Shown: piece by piece, positions 19,941 through 29,513 of the stretch
Layout: every line of letters starts with the position of its first letter
Numbering within the stretch: the first letter of the stretch is position 1
Origin: an uncultured Planctomycetales bacterium
Lineage (GTDB): Bacteria > Omnitrophota > Gorgyraeia > Zapsychrales > Fredricksoniimonadaceae
Length of the DNA stretch: 64,000 nucleotides
Direction of reading: 5' to 3'
Assembly: GCA_964438075.1 (NCBI GenBank)
Contig: CAYTIW010000008.1
Coordinates: 5,359 to 69,358, forward strand
Made by a program: the position numbers and the translations under genes
Notes under the pieces: generated by a model
What the model was told of the DNA's origin: nothing
Databases searched by the model: none
The model's input: the letters and a program-made list of their open reading frames with translations, nothing else

Positions 19941-20540
19941 TTATCGGGCCAACTCGACAACCTGGTCCCCATCTTTGAGTAAAACCCGATCCGCTTTAAT
20001 TTCCTCAACAGAGAAATTATCGATCCTCTGCCCTTTGGAAACAATCATGGTTTGATGGCTCTGTATATCCTCAATGACCGCCGTTGGGTTATTATCCAAC
20101 ATTATTCCCGACAGCTTATAGCGATCAGAGACGGCCGCCACAGGAGATGAAGAGGAACGCTCGTCTTCATTCCTTTGCTCAACCGGGGAGGAAAATATAT
20201 CCCTGGCTTGTATGATCTCGTGATAATTCCGACCATCTTCCGTCATTATCCGCTCTGACAGCTCTTTTTCGCCGCTCCTGCCGGATCCCCCAACAGGAAT
20301 TTCCGACATAACAGGGCCAGATGTATTTGCTTTCTGAAATTTAACGACCAGTAAAACAAGCATGACCGCAGCCCCGATCAGAAAGATCACCGTGCCCCCT
20401 TTCCAGAAGAAAATGTAAAAGGAAGACCACCGGCGCGCCCCCCCATCCTTATCGGGCTCCTCAGGAACCGCCGCAGGCCCCAGCTTTTTATTTCGGATCA
20501 AATTTAATAATTTTTCTTCCGATGAAACATTCTTATTCAT
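19941..20540 (-). CDS. Bitopic GspB/GspC/PilP-like secretin-interacting protein (no PDZ)
   Basis: The track start is TTG 20552. ATG 20540 overlaps the exeA stop as ATGA. It has one TM (VIFLIGAAVMLVLLVV). The C-terminal domain YKLSGIMLDNNPTAVIEDIQSHQTMIVSKGQRIDNFSVEEIKADRVLLKDG resembles GspC-HR/PilP folds. Confidence 0.5.
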   Translation of the reverse strand: MNKNVSSEEKLLNLIRNKKLGPAAVPEEPDKDGGARRWSSFYIFFWKGGTVIFLIGAAVMLVLLVVKFQKANTSGPVMSEIPVGGSGRSGEKELSERIMTEDGRNYHEIIQARDIFSSPVEQRNEDERSSSSPVAAVSDRYKLSGIMLDNNPTAVIEDIQSHQTMIVSKGQRIDNFSVEEIKADRVLLKDGDQVVELAR

Positions 20541-21367
20541 GGATAATCCCAAATATTATCTTGCTGGATAACCTTATCGATGATGTTTTCCGTGACAAAG
20601 GGCTCCTCATTCATTATCAATAATTCTATCGCATTATGACAAAGCCTGGCTATCTGCCTGGGATACCCCTTAGTATGATCATAGATCTTTTTGATCGCCC
20701 CGGGAGAAAACAAACTGTTGGGAGCCGAGTATCCGGCTTTACGCAAACGGAATTCGATCATCTGCCCGGTTTCATATTCATCAAACGGATTTAACCTGTA
20801 TTTCAATGATATCCTATCTACAAAATTCCTGACATTTTCAAGGGCTGGCAAAAATTCCATTTGCGCGAAGATCACCAATTGCAACAGTTTCTGATCATTC
20901 GTCTCATAATTCAATAAGGTCCTGAGGATTTCCAGATGTTCTTTCTTTAATTTCTGGCCCTCATCAATTACCAAAACGACTGTTTTATGCTCCTCGACAC
21001 AACGCCTGAACAAGTACTTCTCGATGGCATCTCGATAGTCAACGGTGGTCCGAAAGAACGGGGATATCCCGAAAATCTTCGTTAAATGGGCGTAAAACAA
21101 ATTCTCCGACTTAAATGAAGGATCCAAGACCATATGGAATATAAAATCGTCCGCATCTTCTTCGAAAGACTGGATCAGAGTACGGCAGAGGGTCGTTTTC
21201 CCTGTCCCGACATCGCCCAAGACCAGGCTCAACCCTCTTTTTAAACGCAGAGCGATCTCCAGTTGGTTCAAAGCAGATATGTGCCCTGGGGACTTGTAGA
21301 AAAAGTCCGGATCAGGACTGGTGGAAAAAGGCTCACGTTCCAAATGTAGCGAAGAAAGATAGCTCAT
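20537..21367 (-). CDS. gspA: ExeA/GspA/MshM-type AAA+ ATPase
   Basis: 276 aa. Walker A is LGDVGTGKTTLCR and Walker B is VVLVIDEGQ. The length and N-terminal EREPFSTSPDPDFFY are typical of ExeA-like proteins. Confidence 0.8.
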   Translation of the reverse strand: MSYLSSLHLEREPFSTSPDPDFFYKSPGHISALNQLEIALRLKRGLSLVLGDVGTGKTTLCRTLIQSFEEDADDFIFHMVLDPSFKSENLFYAHLTKIFGISPFFRTTVDYRDAIEKYLFRRCVEEHKTVVLVIDEGQKLKKEHLEILRTLLNYETNDQKLLQLVIFAQMEFLPALENVRNFVDRISLKYRLNPFDEYETGQMIEFRLRKAGYSAPNSLFSPGAIKKIYDHTKGYPRQIARLCHNAIELLIMNEEPFVTENIIDKVIQQDNIWDYP

Positions 21368-21381
21368 GCCGAACCTTTAGA

Positions 21382-21915
21382 TCACTCCAGAACGAATATC
21401 CTGGATAACGAAAGATTAACACGCAAATCGGTGCCGGAGACTCTCATAGGCTTAACAATATCCAACTCATCGATATTAAAGTAATAAGGTTTCCCCTGCA
21501 TAGCATCGAGAAACTCAACTGTCCTGTCGAAAGGTGCCTCAAAAACCAAATTGACCGAAAAAGCATTGAACCGGCCTTGCCGTTTCATGACGGCGGGCTT
21601 CAGCTCGGAAATATGCAGGTCAACTTTTGTAGCCACCTTTTCTATTTCGGAAATCAATTTAGAAACGCTCTCTTCATCAGTACCTGCCTGCCGAAAAGCA
21701 CTCCGGTAATACGCTTCCTTGGCCTCCGCCCCTTTAGCTTTATTGATGGCCAACAAGTTCTTTCTCAAGATGCGCTTTTGTGACAATATCGCATCCGAGA
21801 CGGACTGCGACCTCTCCCGCAAAGGCTTGATCACAAAATGCATTGTTACATAGATCCAGACCACCCCTATGCATAAGGCCAATATGACTTGTTCTCTTTC
21901 ACCAAGACTACGCAT
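21382..21915 (-). CDS. GspM/PilO-like inner-membrane assembly protein
   Basis: 177 aa. It has an N-terminal TM (VILALCIGVVWIYVTMHFVI), a coiled-coil segment and a C-terminal alpha/beta domain. Position and size match GspM/PilO. Confidence 0.55.
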   Translation of the reverse strand: MRSLGEREQVILALCIGVVWIYVTMHFVIKPLRERSQSVSDAILSQKRILRKNLLAINKAKGAEAKEAYYRSAFRQAGTDEESVSKLISEIEKVATKVDLHISELKPAVMKRQGRFNAFSVNLVFEAPFDRTVEFLDAMQGKPYYFNIDELDIVKPMRVSGTDLRVNLSLSRIFVLE

Positions 21916-21919
21916 AATA

Positions 21920-23344
21920 TTATTGTGGCTTCTTTAATTTAAATTGGATCTTAAATTCCACCAGATCTTTATTATACAATTTACGCTTGGCAGTGAATTG
22001 CAGCGTAACGTCAGAAAATTCGGGAGAAGACACCAGCCGGGACTGAAATAAGTTAACGGACGAGCCGGACTGGGCGTAACCTCCTATAACCATTGCGCCC
22101 CCGCGATCGATGCTTAACGAACGCAGACTGACATCTGGGGGCATGATCTGGTATAACTTAATGATAAAACTGGAGAAAGAGAACCGTTTTGACAAATATT
22201 GATCTATGGAATCGACCAGGCCGACTTTGTCACGAGCCTGCTTGGCATCAGTGTCGAAACGAAAAACCTGCTCCTTGACTTGTTGAAGAGCGTGGGAATT
22301 ATAGAAATAATCTGCCCCGATCCAGCAAAGAAAAACAAACCAGAACGAGAAGGCCGCAATAATAAAACGGAAAATATACTTCCGTTTCGCATCCGCATCT
22401 TTAACGTTCCTGACGTGCTTGGCTATCAAGTTCATCAAATTCTTAGATTCAGCGCTGGCCAGTCCCAAGCATACGGCAAAAGAAACCCCGGGGCAATCCG
22501 GCATGCCGCTCTTAATTTTATTACTTGATATATTAATGTCATCCTGATGGTGGAACGACTCGACCGGCAAATGGAAACGCTCTTCCAGAACTGCCGTTAA
22601 CTCACTGATTTCCATCGCGGAGATCACAAATATTCCAGCCACATCCTCACCGAAACGTTCCTTGCGATAAAGACGGACGCTTTGCTCGACCTGGTCAACG
22701 AAACTCGACAGACCATCGTGATGAAGAACGGAAACTCCGCCATTGATAACTCTAGAAAAAAGCAGCCGGCCATCTTGAATAAAACAAGCTTCGGCATGGG
22801 CCAGATCCAGGTTCAGAAATAATATCGGCGCATCCCCCACTCTATCTTTCTTAAGCCTGGACCACTCGACAACACCTTGCGAACTCAACACGTATTTAGA
22901 CGGCAAGACTTTGGATCTCTCCAACAATCTCGCATACCTATCGCCGACATCTTTGTGAACTATATAAATTATCAGCTTGGCATATCCGCCATTTTCCCGT
23001 TCCAGAATCTCATAGTCATAAACCAAGTCCTCCAAAAGATGCGGCAACATATGACTGATCTGGATGGGAAGCATCTTGCGGATCTCTTTATCGTCCGACG
23101 ATGGAATACGCAGCCGCCTGATGGAAGACAGTCTCCGGGGAAGAACCATGATAAAATTATCAGGGTCCACGGATCGGGGCCGGATCATTTGCAGGAGCAA
23201 CAACTGGATATCTTCGTCCAGCTTGCCTTCGATAGAACAGGCATCCTGATCCAGCACCAATGTCCTGCCCCCGCTCCTTTTAGCCTGGATCAATTTGATG
23301 TGCGTCTCTGTGATTTCAATAACAGTTCTTATATTAGAAGGCAT
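21920..23344 (-). CDS. GspL-like protein: PilM-type actin-like ATPase-fold domain + TM + PilN-like periplasmic domain
   Basis: 474 aa. About 320 aa form a cytoplasmic PilM-like region (MPSNIRTVIEITETHIKLIQAK...). This is followed by one TM (YIFRFIIAAFSFWFVFLCWIGA) and a roughly 120-aa periplasmic domain. Confidence 0.65.
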   Translation of the reverse strand: MPSNIRTVIEITETHIKLIQAKRSGGRTLVLDQDACSIEGKLDEDIQLLLLQMIRPRSVDPDNFIMVLPRRLSSIRRLRIPSSDDKEIRKMLPIQISHMLPHLLEDLVYDYEILERENGGYAKLIIYIVHKDVGDRYARLLERSKVLPSKYVLSSQGVVEWSRLKKDRVGDAPILFLNLDLAHAEACFIQDGRLLFSRVINGGVSVLHHDGLSSFVDQVEQSVRLYRKERFGEDVAGIFVISAMEISELTAVLEERFHLPVESFHHQDDINISSNKIKSGMPDCPGVSFAVCLGLASAESKNLMNLIAKHVRNVKDADAKRKYIFRFIIAAFSFWFVFLCWIGADYFYNSHALQQVKEQVFRFDTDAKQARDKVGLVDSIDQYLSKRFSFSSFIIKLYQIMPPDVSLRSLSIDRGGAMVIGGYAQSGSSVNLFQSRLVSSPEFSDVTLQFTAKRKLYNKDLVEFKIQFKLKKPQ

Positions 23345-23350
23345 ATATGT

Positions 23351-24436
23351 TCAACTGCCGCTCCTCTGCCATGACAGGACATTTGATGTGCGCAAATCTA
23401 TAACAAATTGGCCGCTAATCACCACTCCGGAAGAAGTATCCGCCCCCCGTATATCGAAACGCAAAGCATCCGCCGGCGCTGAACCGTAAGATATCAGAGC
23501 AAAATATATGGCCTTCTCTTTGGAATTAAGCTCCATGTTATTATAATCGATCTTCCGGCCCGGGCTACCCATCTCGGCCAGAGAACGATCCCGATAATCC
23601 GATATTTTTTTGACCAGGCTGTCGGCATCTTCACGGCCAGTGTTTGTCCTCGGGCCGCTCAGGGCCCGGGCGAAAGCCAGGAGCAATTCCTTAGGTGCGG
23701 TATCCAAATTCAGGCTCAGCTCGCCCGTCCTGGGAAAGACCGTGACGTATGGTTCGAGTAAAAGCATGATCTCAGCGGTCATGCCTCTGACCAAAACCAG
23801 CTCCTCAAATGAATCAAACGGTCGGTTCTTGCATTTATACGGCCTGGTTTGATTAATATACAAATCGTCCTCATTTTCTTCGCCTTGCCCGAAAACATCA
23901 TTATCAGGATCTTTCCAATCCACGACCGATCTGGCGATATTTAGAGCGGCATCTTCTTTCACACCAAGGACCATTAACAACTCCTGCAGAACACTATAAT
24001 TATTAGCCCCTAGACCGTTAAGATTGATCCGGTCGGCCTCATCCTGGAACCACGGCTGAAACGCGGCCTTGGCACTGCTCTCACCCTTAACTGGGTTGCT
24101 TATGCGAAAATACCCCCCGTCCAAAGGCATTTGCTGGAACGGCTTATATATAAAATCCGCCAGCGGCTGTCTTCCTTCCGGTGCGGAGTTAACATCATTC
24201 CTTAAAGCGGACCACTTTTTTAACTTCTCGTGAGCGACGAACAATCCTGACCATACATAAGCCCTGCTCCTGGTCGAGCCGATCTGATATTTAGCGAAAT
24301 AAATTTCTTTTTGCGCCCACCTCCCTATAACAAACACAATAGCACTAAGAACCACCGTGACCCAAAGAACAGCTACCAGCACTATACCAGAATCATCGGG
24401 ACGCCGTAAACTGCATCTCATGTTTTTATAGGACAT
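23351..24436 (-). CDS. gspK: Minor pseudopilin GspK
   Basis: 361 aa. It has an N-terminal hydrophobic helix (GIVLVAVLWVTVVLSAIV). GspK blocks are present: DEADRINLNGL, ARSVVDWKDPDND...GEENEDDLY and NRPFDSFEELVLVRGMT. Confidence 0.8.
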   Translation of the reverse strand: MSYKNMRCSLRRPDDSGIVLVAVLWVTVVLSAIVFVIGRWAQKEIYFAKYQIGSTRSRAYVWSGLFVAHEKLKKWSALRNDVNSAPEGRQPLADFIYKPFQQMPLDGGYFRISNPVKGESSAKAAFQPWFQDEADRINLNGLGANNYSVLQELLMVLGVKEDAALNIARSVVDWKDPDNDVFGQGEENEDDLYINQTRPYKCKNRPFDSFEELVLVRGMTAEIMLLLEPYVTVFPRTGELSLNLDTAPKELLLAFARALSGPRTNTGREDADSLVKKISDYRDRSLAEMGSPGRKIDYNNMELNSKEKAIYFALISYGSAPADALRFDIRGADTSSGVVISGQFVIDLRTSNVLSWQRSGS

Positions 24437-24488
24437 AAACGATCATTTCTTGCCTGACCTCTTAAGATGAGATTTTCTCAATATGAGA

Positions 24489-25229
24489 TCAGCGCTTCAG
24501 GTTAATACCGCCTGGCATAAGGGCGACTTTATCAAAATCTATATTCTGCGCATTCTTATCACCGTTATCGTTAATAATAAAATGCATCCGAACTGCTAAC
24601 GGCAGGGCCGGCTCCTTCCACTCGGCCCTCCAAGCGAGAGCATTTGCCTTGTCCGAATTAACTGCATAGGCGAATTTGAGCCCCCCAGCTATGATGTTCT
24701 CAGCCATCGTTTCTTCAGGGCCGGATACCTGAAAATTCCCCGAGATATATTCAATGAAATCAACTTCCTCCCTGATCAAAGAAAAGCTCACAGGGGCATC
24801 CTGAGCATACTGAGTAACGGTGACATTACGTTTGTAACTATTGCCCAGAATGGTCTTCTTGCTAACGCCCTTTTCCCTAACCAGCAAAGAATATTTAACC
24901 ACCTTAAGTTTGCCTTGAGAACGGGCCACAAATACTATTGAATCACTTTTGCCTTCAAGAGCGGAATGACCGGGATATGAACCAGTAAAGTCATAAGCGA
25001 CCGCGTCCTCAATATCTTTTGCGAAACGGTTCATCACCAGCTGGGACTGACGATAAATGCCCTTCTGGCTCTCCAAACGTTTAAATATATCCATCCCGGT
25101 TCTGAATGTGACGTAAACGCACAGTGATACAAAAGAAAGCAGGGACACCCCCAAAAGCACTTCGATCAGGGTGAAGCCATGGAATTTTTTCGACTTACGG
25201 CTTGGCATCATAATAAACCAAAGGGACAT
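24489..25229 (-). CDS. Minor pseudopilin (GspJ-like by position and size)
   Basis: Prepilin-type N-terminal methylation motif KFHGFTLIEVLLGVSLLS. The track start is TTG 25232. ATG candidates are 25229 (AAGGT upstream), 25211 and 25208. Confidence 0.7.
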   Translation of the reverse strand: MSLWFIMMPSRKSKKFHGFTLIEVLLGVSLLSFVSLCVYVTFRTGMDIFKRLESQKGIYRQSQLVMNRFAKDIEDAVAYDFTGSYPGHSALEGKSDSIVFVARSQGKLKVVKYSLLVREKGVSKKTILGNSYKRNVTVTQYAQDAPVSFSLIREEVDFIEYISGNFQVSGPEETMAENIIAGGLKFAYAVNSDKANALAWRAEWKEPALPLAVRMHFIINDNGDKNAQNIDFDKVALMPGGINLKR

Positions 25230-25605
25230 CAATGCTTACCTTACGGCGCCCATACCCCCATTCCTGTTTCAGTGACAAAAGCTGAAGGCCATCATCGTCC
25301 CCGAAAGGAAGCTGGCCATGGGATATATGAAATAGGTACGGGTCAGAACCCGTATCAGCCGGGCCAGGGCTCTGGCTCAGTAATGTTTGCGGCATAATCA
25401 GAAATTCCGCTATTTTATTATCCAGCAGATTACAGGCCTCCATATAATTCCTGGCCCGAGATGCGGCCCTGGCGGAAGATGCCATCGATTGCAGGATAAC
25501 AACTATGCTTGAGGACAAAATAGCCACCGCGACAAGAACTTCTAACAAAACTGCCCCTCGTCGTGAATTGGGCCTCAGCTTGTTCGCCATGCCGCGTTTT
25601 CTCAT
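25195..25605 (-). CDS. Minor pseudopilin (GspI-like by position and size)
   Basis: Degenerate prepilin motif RRGAVLLEVLVAVAILSS. ATG 25605 overlaps the upstream stop as ATGA, which removes the long overlap implied by the track start at 25668. Confidence 0.65.
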   Translation of the reverse strand: MRKRGMANKLRPNSRRGAVLLEVLVAVAILSSSIVVILQSMASSARAASRARNYMEACNLLDNKIAEFLIMPQTLLSQSPGPADTGSDPYLFHISHGQLPFGDDDGLQLLSLKQEWGYGRRKVSIDVPLVYYDAKP

Positions 25606-26066
25606 TCCGAAGTCCATTCCGATATCCTGATATCGGCATATAATTCTTTTGTTGTTATGAGAATGCAATCATTCAAAATGCATAGGGTTATTTCCGCTTT
25701 TCCTATACTACCATCAGGCATGAACTCAACGGGCAATCCGTCACAAACGACTTTGACGGCAGGATCGAGATCGATAATTTTGCCCAGACTTCCGCTGACA
25801 CGGGAATAACCGTTCGTTTCTTCGTGTTCTAGCCAAAAATGAGACAGGTCGGGACTGGATGCGAGACGGTATCGGCTGTTCTGAGATAAAGCGCGCAAAT
25901 GAGCGGACTGCATCAAGTCCAGGATCTTATAGGCCTTGTTTTTCAAACCAAGTTTATTCAAAGAATTAGTAAGATCGGGGATGGTAAGGGAAGCCAGAAT
26001 GGACAGAACAACGATGACCAGTAATATTTCGATGAGCGTGAACCCGTACAAGCGTTTACAGCCCAT
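25602..26066 (-). CDS. Minor pseudopilin (GspH-like by position and size)
   Basis: Prepilin motif MGCKRLYGFTLIEILLVIVVLSILA. ATG 26066 lies 5 nt after GGAGG. The track start at 26093 is GTG. Confidence 0.7.
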   Translation of the reverse strand: MGCKRLYGFTLIEILLVIVVLSILASLTIPDLTNSLNKLGLKNKAYKILDLMQSAHLRALSQNSRYRLASSPDLSHFWLEHEETNGYSRVSGSLGKIIDLDPAVKVVCDGLPVEFMPDGSIGKAEITLCILNDCILITTKELYADIRISEWTSE

Positions 26067-26126
26067 AGCAGCCTCCGGACTCTTCATCAACACATTAAGC
26101 GGTGCCTGACCATTAACTGGCGGGTA

Positions 26127-26567
26127 TTATTTATCGCCCCAATTGTTAACATCATCAGAACTCACCACACCATCCGGCCCGAGAGAGGAAAGATCGTAAT
26201 TCTCCGGATTGTGAGCTCCGGGGCAAACATAAACATACTCCCTGCCCCAAGGATCCAGGGGGGCCTGCCTCTTTTTCAAATAAGGCCCCCTCCATTTCTC
26301 AATGCCATTATCAGCCGTCGGTTTTGTGATCAATGCCGGCAGTCCATCTTCAGTAGTCGGATATTTACCATTATCTATCTCATAAAGATCCAACGCTGTC
26401 GCCAAATTGCCGTCAATATCAGCCCTGGCAGCAGACACCTTGGCCTGTTCGCCGCGCCCCACGAAATTAGGGACCACCATGGCCGCCAGCACGCTGATTA
26501 TAATGACGACCAGCATGATCTCGATCAATGTAAATCCGTTTTTACGAACAATTTTCCTTTCCGCCAT
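26127..26567 (-). CDS. gspG: Major pseudopilin GspG
   Basis: 146 aa. KNGFTLIEIMLVVIIISVLAAMVVPNF followed by AKVSAARADI...LDLYEIDNGKYPTTEDGLPALITKP...WRGPYLKK...DPWGREYVY is the classic GspG pattern. Confidence 0.92.
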   Translation of the reverse strand: MAERKIVRKNGFTLIEIMLVVIIISVLAAMVVPNFVGRGEQAKVSAARADIDGNLATALDLYEIDNGKYPTTEDGLPALITKPTADNGIEKWRGPYLKKRQAPLDPWGREYVYVCPGAHNPENYDLSSLGPDGVVSSDDVNNWGDK

Positions 26568-26583
26568 CTTAACCCTTTTCTTT

Positions 26584-27819
26584 CTACCTTATGAGCTGGT
26601 TCATCTGCATTATAGGCAGCATTATAGCTATCACAATAAATCCGACCACGGCCACCAGCCCTATCAGGACCATCGGCCCTAACAAAGACACACTGGTAGC
26701 CATCATTCGTTCAGCCTCACGCTCATAGATATCGGCTATCTTGTATAAACCTTTCTCGAAGTGACCGGTTTCCTCGCCGATATAGATCATATCAGACACC
26801 ATTTCGGGAAAGAATTCTACTTTCTTTAAAGCGTTCCCGAGCGACATGCCATGCAAAACTTCGGACGAAACAGCCGACAATTGCTCCCGCAGGACATGAT
26901 TGCTTACCGTCTCTTTGGCGATATCCAAAGCTTTTACAATGGCCACTCCGTTCTCTATCAATGTCCCCAGGACCCTGGCGAAACGTCCCGTCTCAACCGC
27001 CTGGATAAACGGCCCGACTACCCACATTTTAAGCAGATGCCAATCTATCCACCTTTTTCCCCTATCCGTTCGGCCCCATTTGATCAACCAGTCGCTGCCG
27101 ATTATAAAAGCTACCCCTATCAACCACCAAAATCTAGCCAGCAATCCGCTGATCATCATCAAAATAGTTGTCGGAAGCGGCAACGACTGTCCGGCGTCCT
27201 CAAACATGATAACAAAACGAGGGATAACAAACGATAAAAGGATAAAAACCACCAGGAAACCAATGAACAGGATCAACAATGGATACGCCAGGCTAGCTTT
27301 TACTTTCCCGGCGATCTCCTGTTCTTTCTCCAAATAACCCGCTAAACGGCCCAAGATGATCTCTGACCTGCCGGCCATTTCGCCAGCCCTGACCATTTGA
27401 ACATAATATGGCGAAAAAATATTTTGATGCCTGGACAATTCAGAAGAAAAAGACGCCCCGTTCCGGATCCCCTCTCCCATTTGGTCAATAATAGACCTGA
27501 ACTCTTTATCACGTGTTTTTCTTGAGACCAGTTGAAGTGCTTTATATATAGGGACCGCTGCATCCAACATGTCGCTCATTTGACGAGTAAAATAAACCAC
27601 TTCATTCCTATTGATCCTAGCCTTTAACGCCTTTGGCTCTATCAGACCTTTGTCCGGACCGGTCAAAGCCGCCTCAATATCATCCGCCCTAACCTCTATT
27701 GGCGTTAATCCTTTCTTTATGAGCGCATCAACGGCCTGGCCGTAATCAGCAGCTTCCACGACACCTTCCAGCAATTCATGAGGCACTTCTTTCGCTTTGT
27801 ACTTGAACTTGGGGGACAT
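26584..27819 (-). CDS. gspF: Type II secretion / type IV pilus platform protein GspF/PilC
   Basis: 411 aa. It has two T2SSF repeats separated by TM segments (LAYPLLILFIGFLVVFILLSFVIP; LLGPMVLIGLVAVVGFIVIAIMLP). Confidence 0.92.
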   Translation of the reverse strand: MSPKFKYKAKEVPHELLEGVVEAADYGQAVDALIKKGLTPIEVRADDIEAALTGPDKGLIEPKALKARINRNEVVYFTRQMSDMLDAAVPIYKALQLVSRKTRDKEFRSIIDQMGEGIRNGASFSSELSRHQNIFSPYYVQMVRAGEMAGRSEIILGRLAGYLEKEQEIAGKVKASLAYPLLILFIGFLVVFILLSFVIPRFVIMFEDAGQSLPLPTTILMMISGLLARFWWLIGVAFIIGSDWLIKWGRTDRGKRWIDWHLLKMWVVGPFIQAVETGRFARVLGTLIENGVAIVKALDIAKETVSNHVLREQLSAVSSEVLHGMSLGNALKKVEFFPEMVSDMIYIGEETGHFEKGLYKIADIYEREAERMMATSVSLLGPMVLIGLVAVVGFIVIAIMLPIMQMNQLIR

Positions 27820-27821
27820 GA

Positions 27822-29513
27822 CTAGCCGGCCTCGTCCTGGGCCGTCACCCTCAATATCTCATGATAGGTGGTAAGACCGGTTTTGACCTTCTCCCAACCG
27901 GACTGCGCGAGTGTCTTCATACCCTTGGCCACGGCAGCCTCGCGGATCGTCTCGGCCGACGCGCGTTCGAGGATGAGCTTCCTGATACCTTCATCAATGA
28001 GAAGAAACTCGTAAATAGCTTGCCGCCCAAGGTAGCCGGTGCCGCTGCATTTCTCGCAACCTTTCCCTTCGTAAAATACCATCGACTTATCTATTGGCAG
28101 CCGGTCAAGACCTTCGAACCGTTTGTTGCTGGGGTTTTTGCAATGCGGACATATCGTCCTGATCAGCCTTTGAGCTATGAAACATTCGACCGTGCTTGTT
28201 ATCAGGTATGGTTCCACGCCCATATCCAACAATCGAGCCACTCCGCTGGCAGCATCGTTGGTATGCAAAGTGGAGAAAACCAAATGGCCGGTGAGAGCTA
28301 TTTGAACAGCTATCTCTGCCGTCTCAACGTCGCGGACTTCTCCTATCATCATGATATCCGGATCATGCCTCAATATAGACCTTAACCCTTTGGCAAAAGT
28401 CAATCCGACCAACGGATTGATCTGGATCTGGGTAATTCCTTTTAACTGGTACTCAACCGGATCCTCGATCGTTATTATTTTATAATCTTCGGTATTAATT
28501 CTGGACAAACAGGAATAAAGCGTGGTGGTCTTTCCGCTCCCGGTGGGCCCAGTGAGAAATATTATTCCCCAGGGCTTCTTAATCAGTTTTTCCAGCGTTG
28601 CTTTCTCATCCGGCCTTAAATTCAGTTCTTCGAATGAATACAGTTTAGCCGTATTAAGAATACGCAAGACCAAACTTTCTCCGAACTGGGTCGGCAGAAA
28701 AGAGACGCGGAGGTCCAAGTCCACGCCCTCAGCCCGCACTTTGAAACGGCCGTCATGAGGAATTCGGCGTTCTGCGATGTTCAGATTGGACAAAACTTTA
28801 ATACGTGTGGCTATCGCGTCCTTGAAATGTTTAATATCGGGGGGTATCTTGGCATTATGAAGGACGCCGTCGATACGATAACGTATCTTCAACTCATCCT
28901 CATAGGGCTCAATATGTATATCAGTCGCACGGCTCTCATATGCTTCCATCAATATCTGATTCAAGAAACGGCTTATGGTAGCTTCCGAACCCGGGTCATC
29001 CAAGCGGTTGATCAAAACATCGGTCTGCGGCGCAGCCCGAACGCTCCCCATCATCTTCTCAATAGTTTCAGCGCCCAAGCCATAATATTTCTGTATGGCC
29101 TCAACGATATCTTTCTCTGTTGCCAGGACAGGCTTCAATGGGAAGCCTGAGATCGCGGCGACCTCATCCAGATTCTGTATGTTCAACGGGTCGGCTGTTG
29201 CCACAGCCAGACCATGATCGTCACTGAAGACCGGAATTATCTTATAAAATAAAGCGATCTTAGCTGGAATTTTCTTAATAGTACCTCGCGATATCTCAAT
29301 ACTCTGAAGATCAACATAATTAAGGCCGCATTGTTCTGCTAAAACAGGGAAGAAAACTTTCTGGTCGCTGACGTATCCCAGTTCGAGCAGAATCTCCCCA
29401 AGCAACTGAGCGGACTTTTCTTGCCGGTTAAGAGCGAGGTCCAACTGCTCCTGGGTGATTATATCCTTTGCGACCAGCATCTGTCCCAATAATATGTTCG
29501 TTGGCAGTATCAT
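27822..29513 (-). CDS. gspE: Type II secretion ATPase GspE with N-terminal MshEN/T2SSE_N domain
   Basis: 563 aa. Walker A is LTGPTGSGKTTTL and Walker B is IMMIGEVRD. The Asp/His boxes and a tetracysteine motif CPHC...CEKC are present. The N-terminal roughly 145 aa form a T2SSE_N-type domain. Confidence 0.95.
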   Translation of the reverse strand: MILPTNILLGQMLVAKDIITQEQLDLALNRQEKSAQLLGEILLELGYVSDQKVFFPVLAEQCGLNYVDLQSIEISRGTIKKIPAKIALFYKIIPVFSDDHGLAVATADPLNIQNLDEVAAISGFPLKPVLATEKDIVEAIQKYYGLGAETIEKMMGSVRAAPQTDVLINRLDDPGSEATISRFLNQILMEAYESRATDIHIEPYEDELKIRYRIDGVLHNAKIPPDIKHFKDAIATRIKVLSNLNIAERRIPHDGRFKVRAEGVDLDLRVSFLPTQFGESLVLRILNTAKLYSFEELNLRPDEKATLEKLIKKPWGIIFLTGPTGSGKTTTLYSCLSRINTEDYKIITIEDPVEYQLKGITQIQINPLVGLTFAKGLRSILRHDPDIMMIGEVRDVETAEIAVQIALTGHLVFSTLHTNDAASGVARLLDMGVEPYLITSTVECFIAQRLIRTICPHCKNPSNKRFEGLDRLPIDKSMVFYEGKGCEKCSGTGYLGRQAIYEFLLIDEGIRKLILERASAETIREAAVAKGMKTLAQSGWEKVKTGLTTYHEILRVTAQDEAG

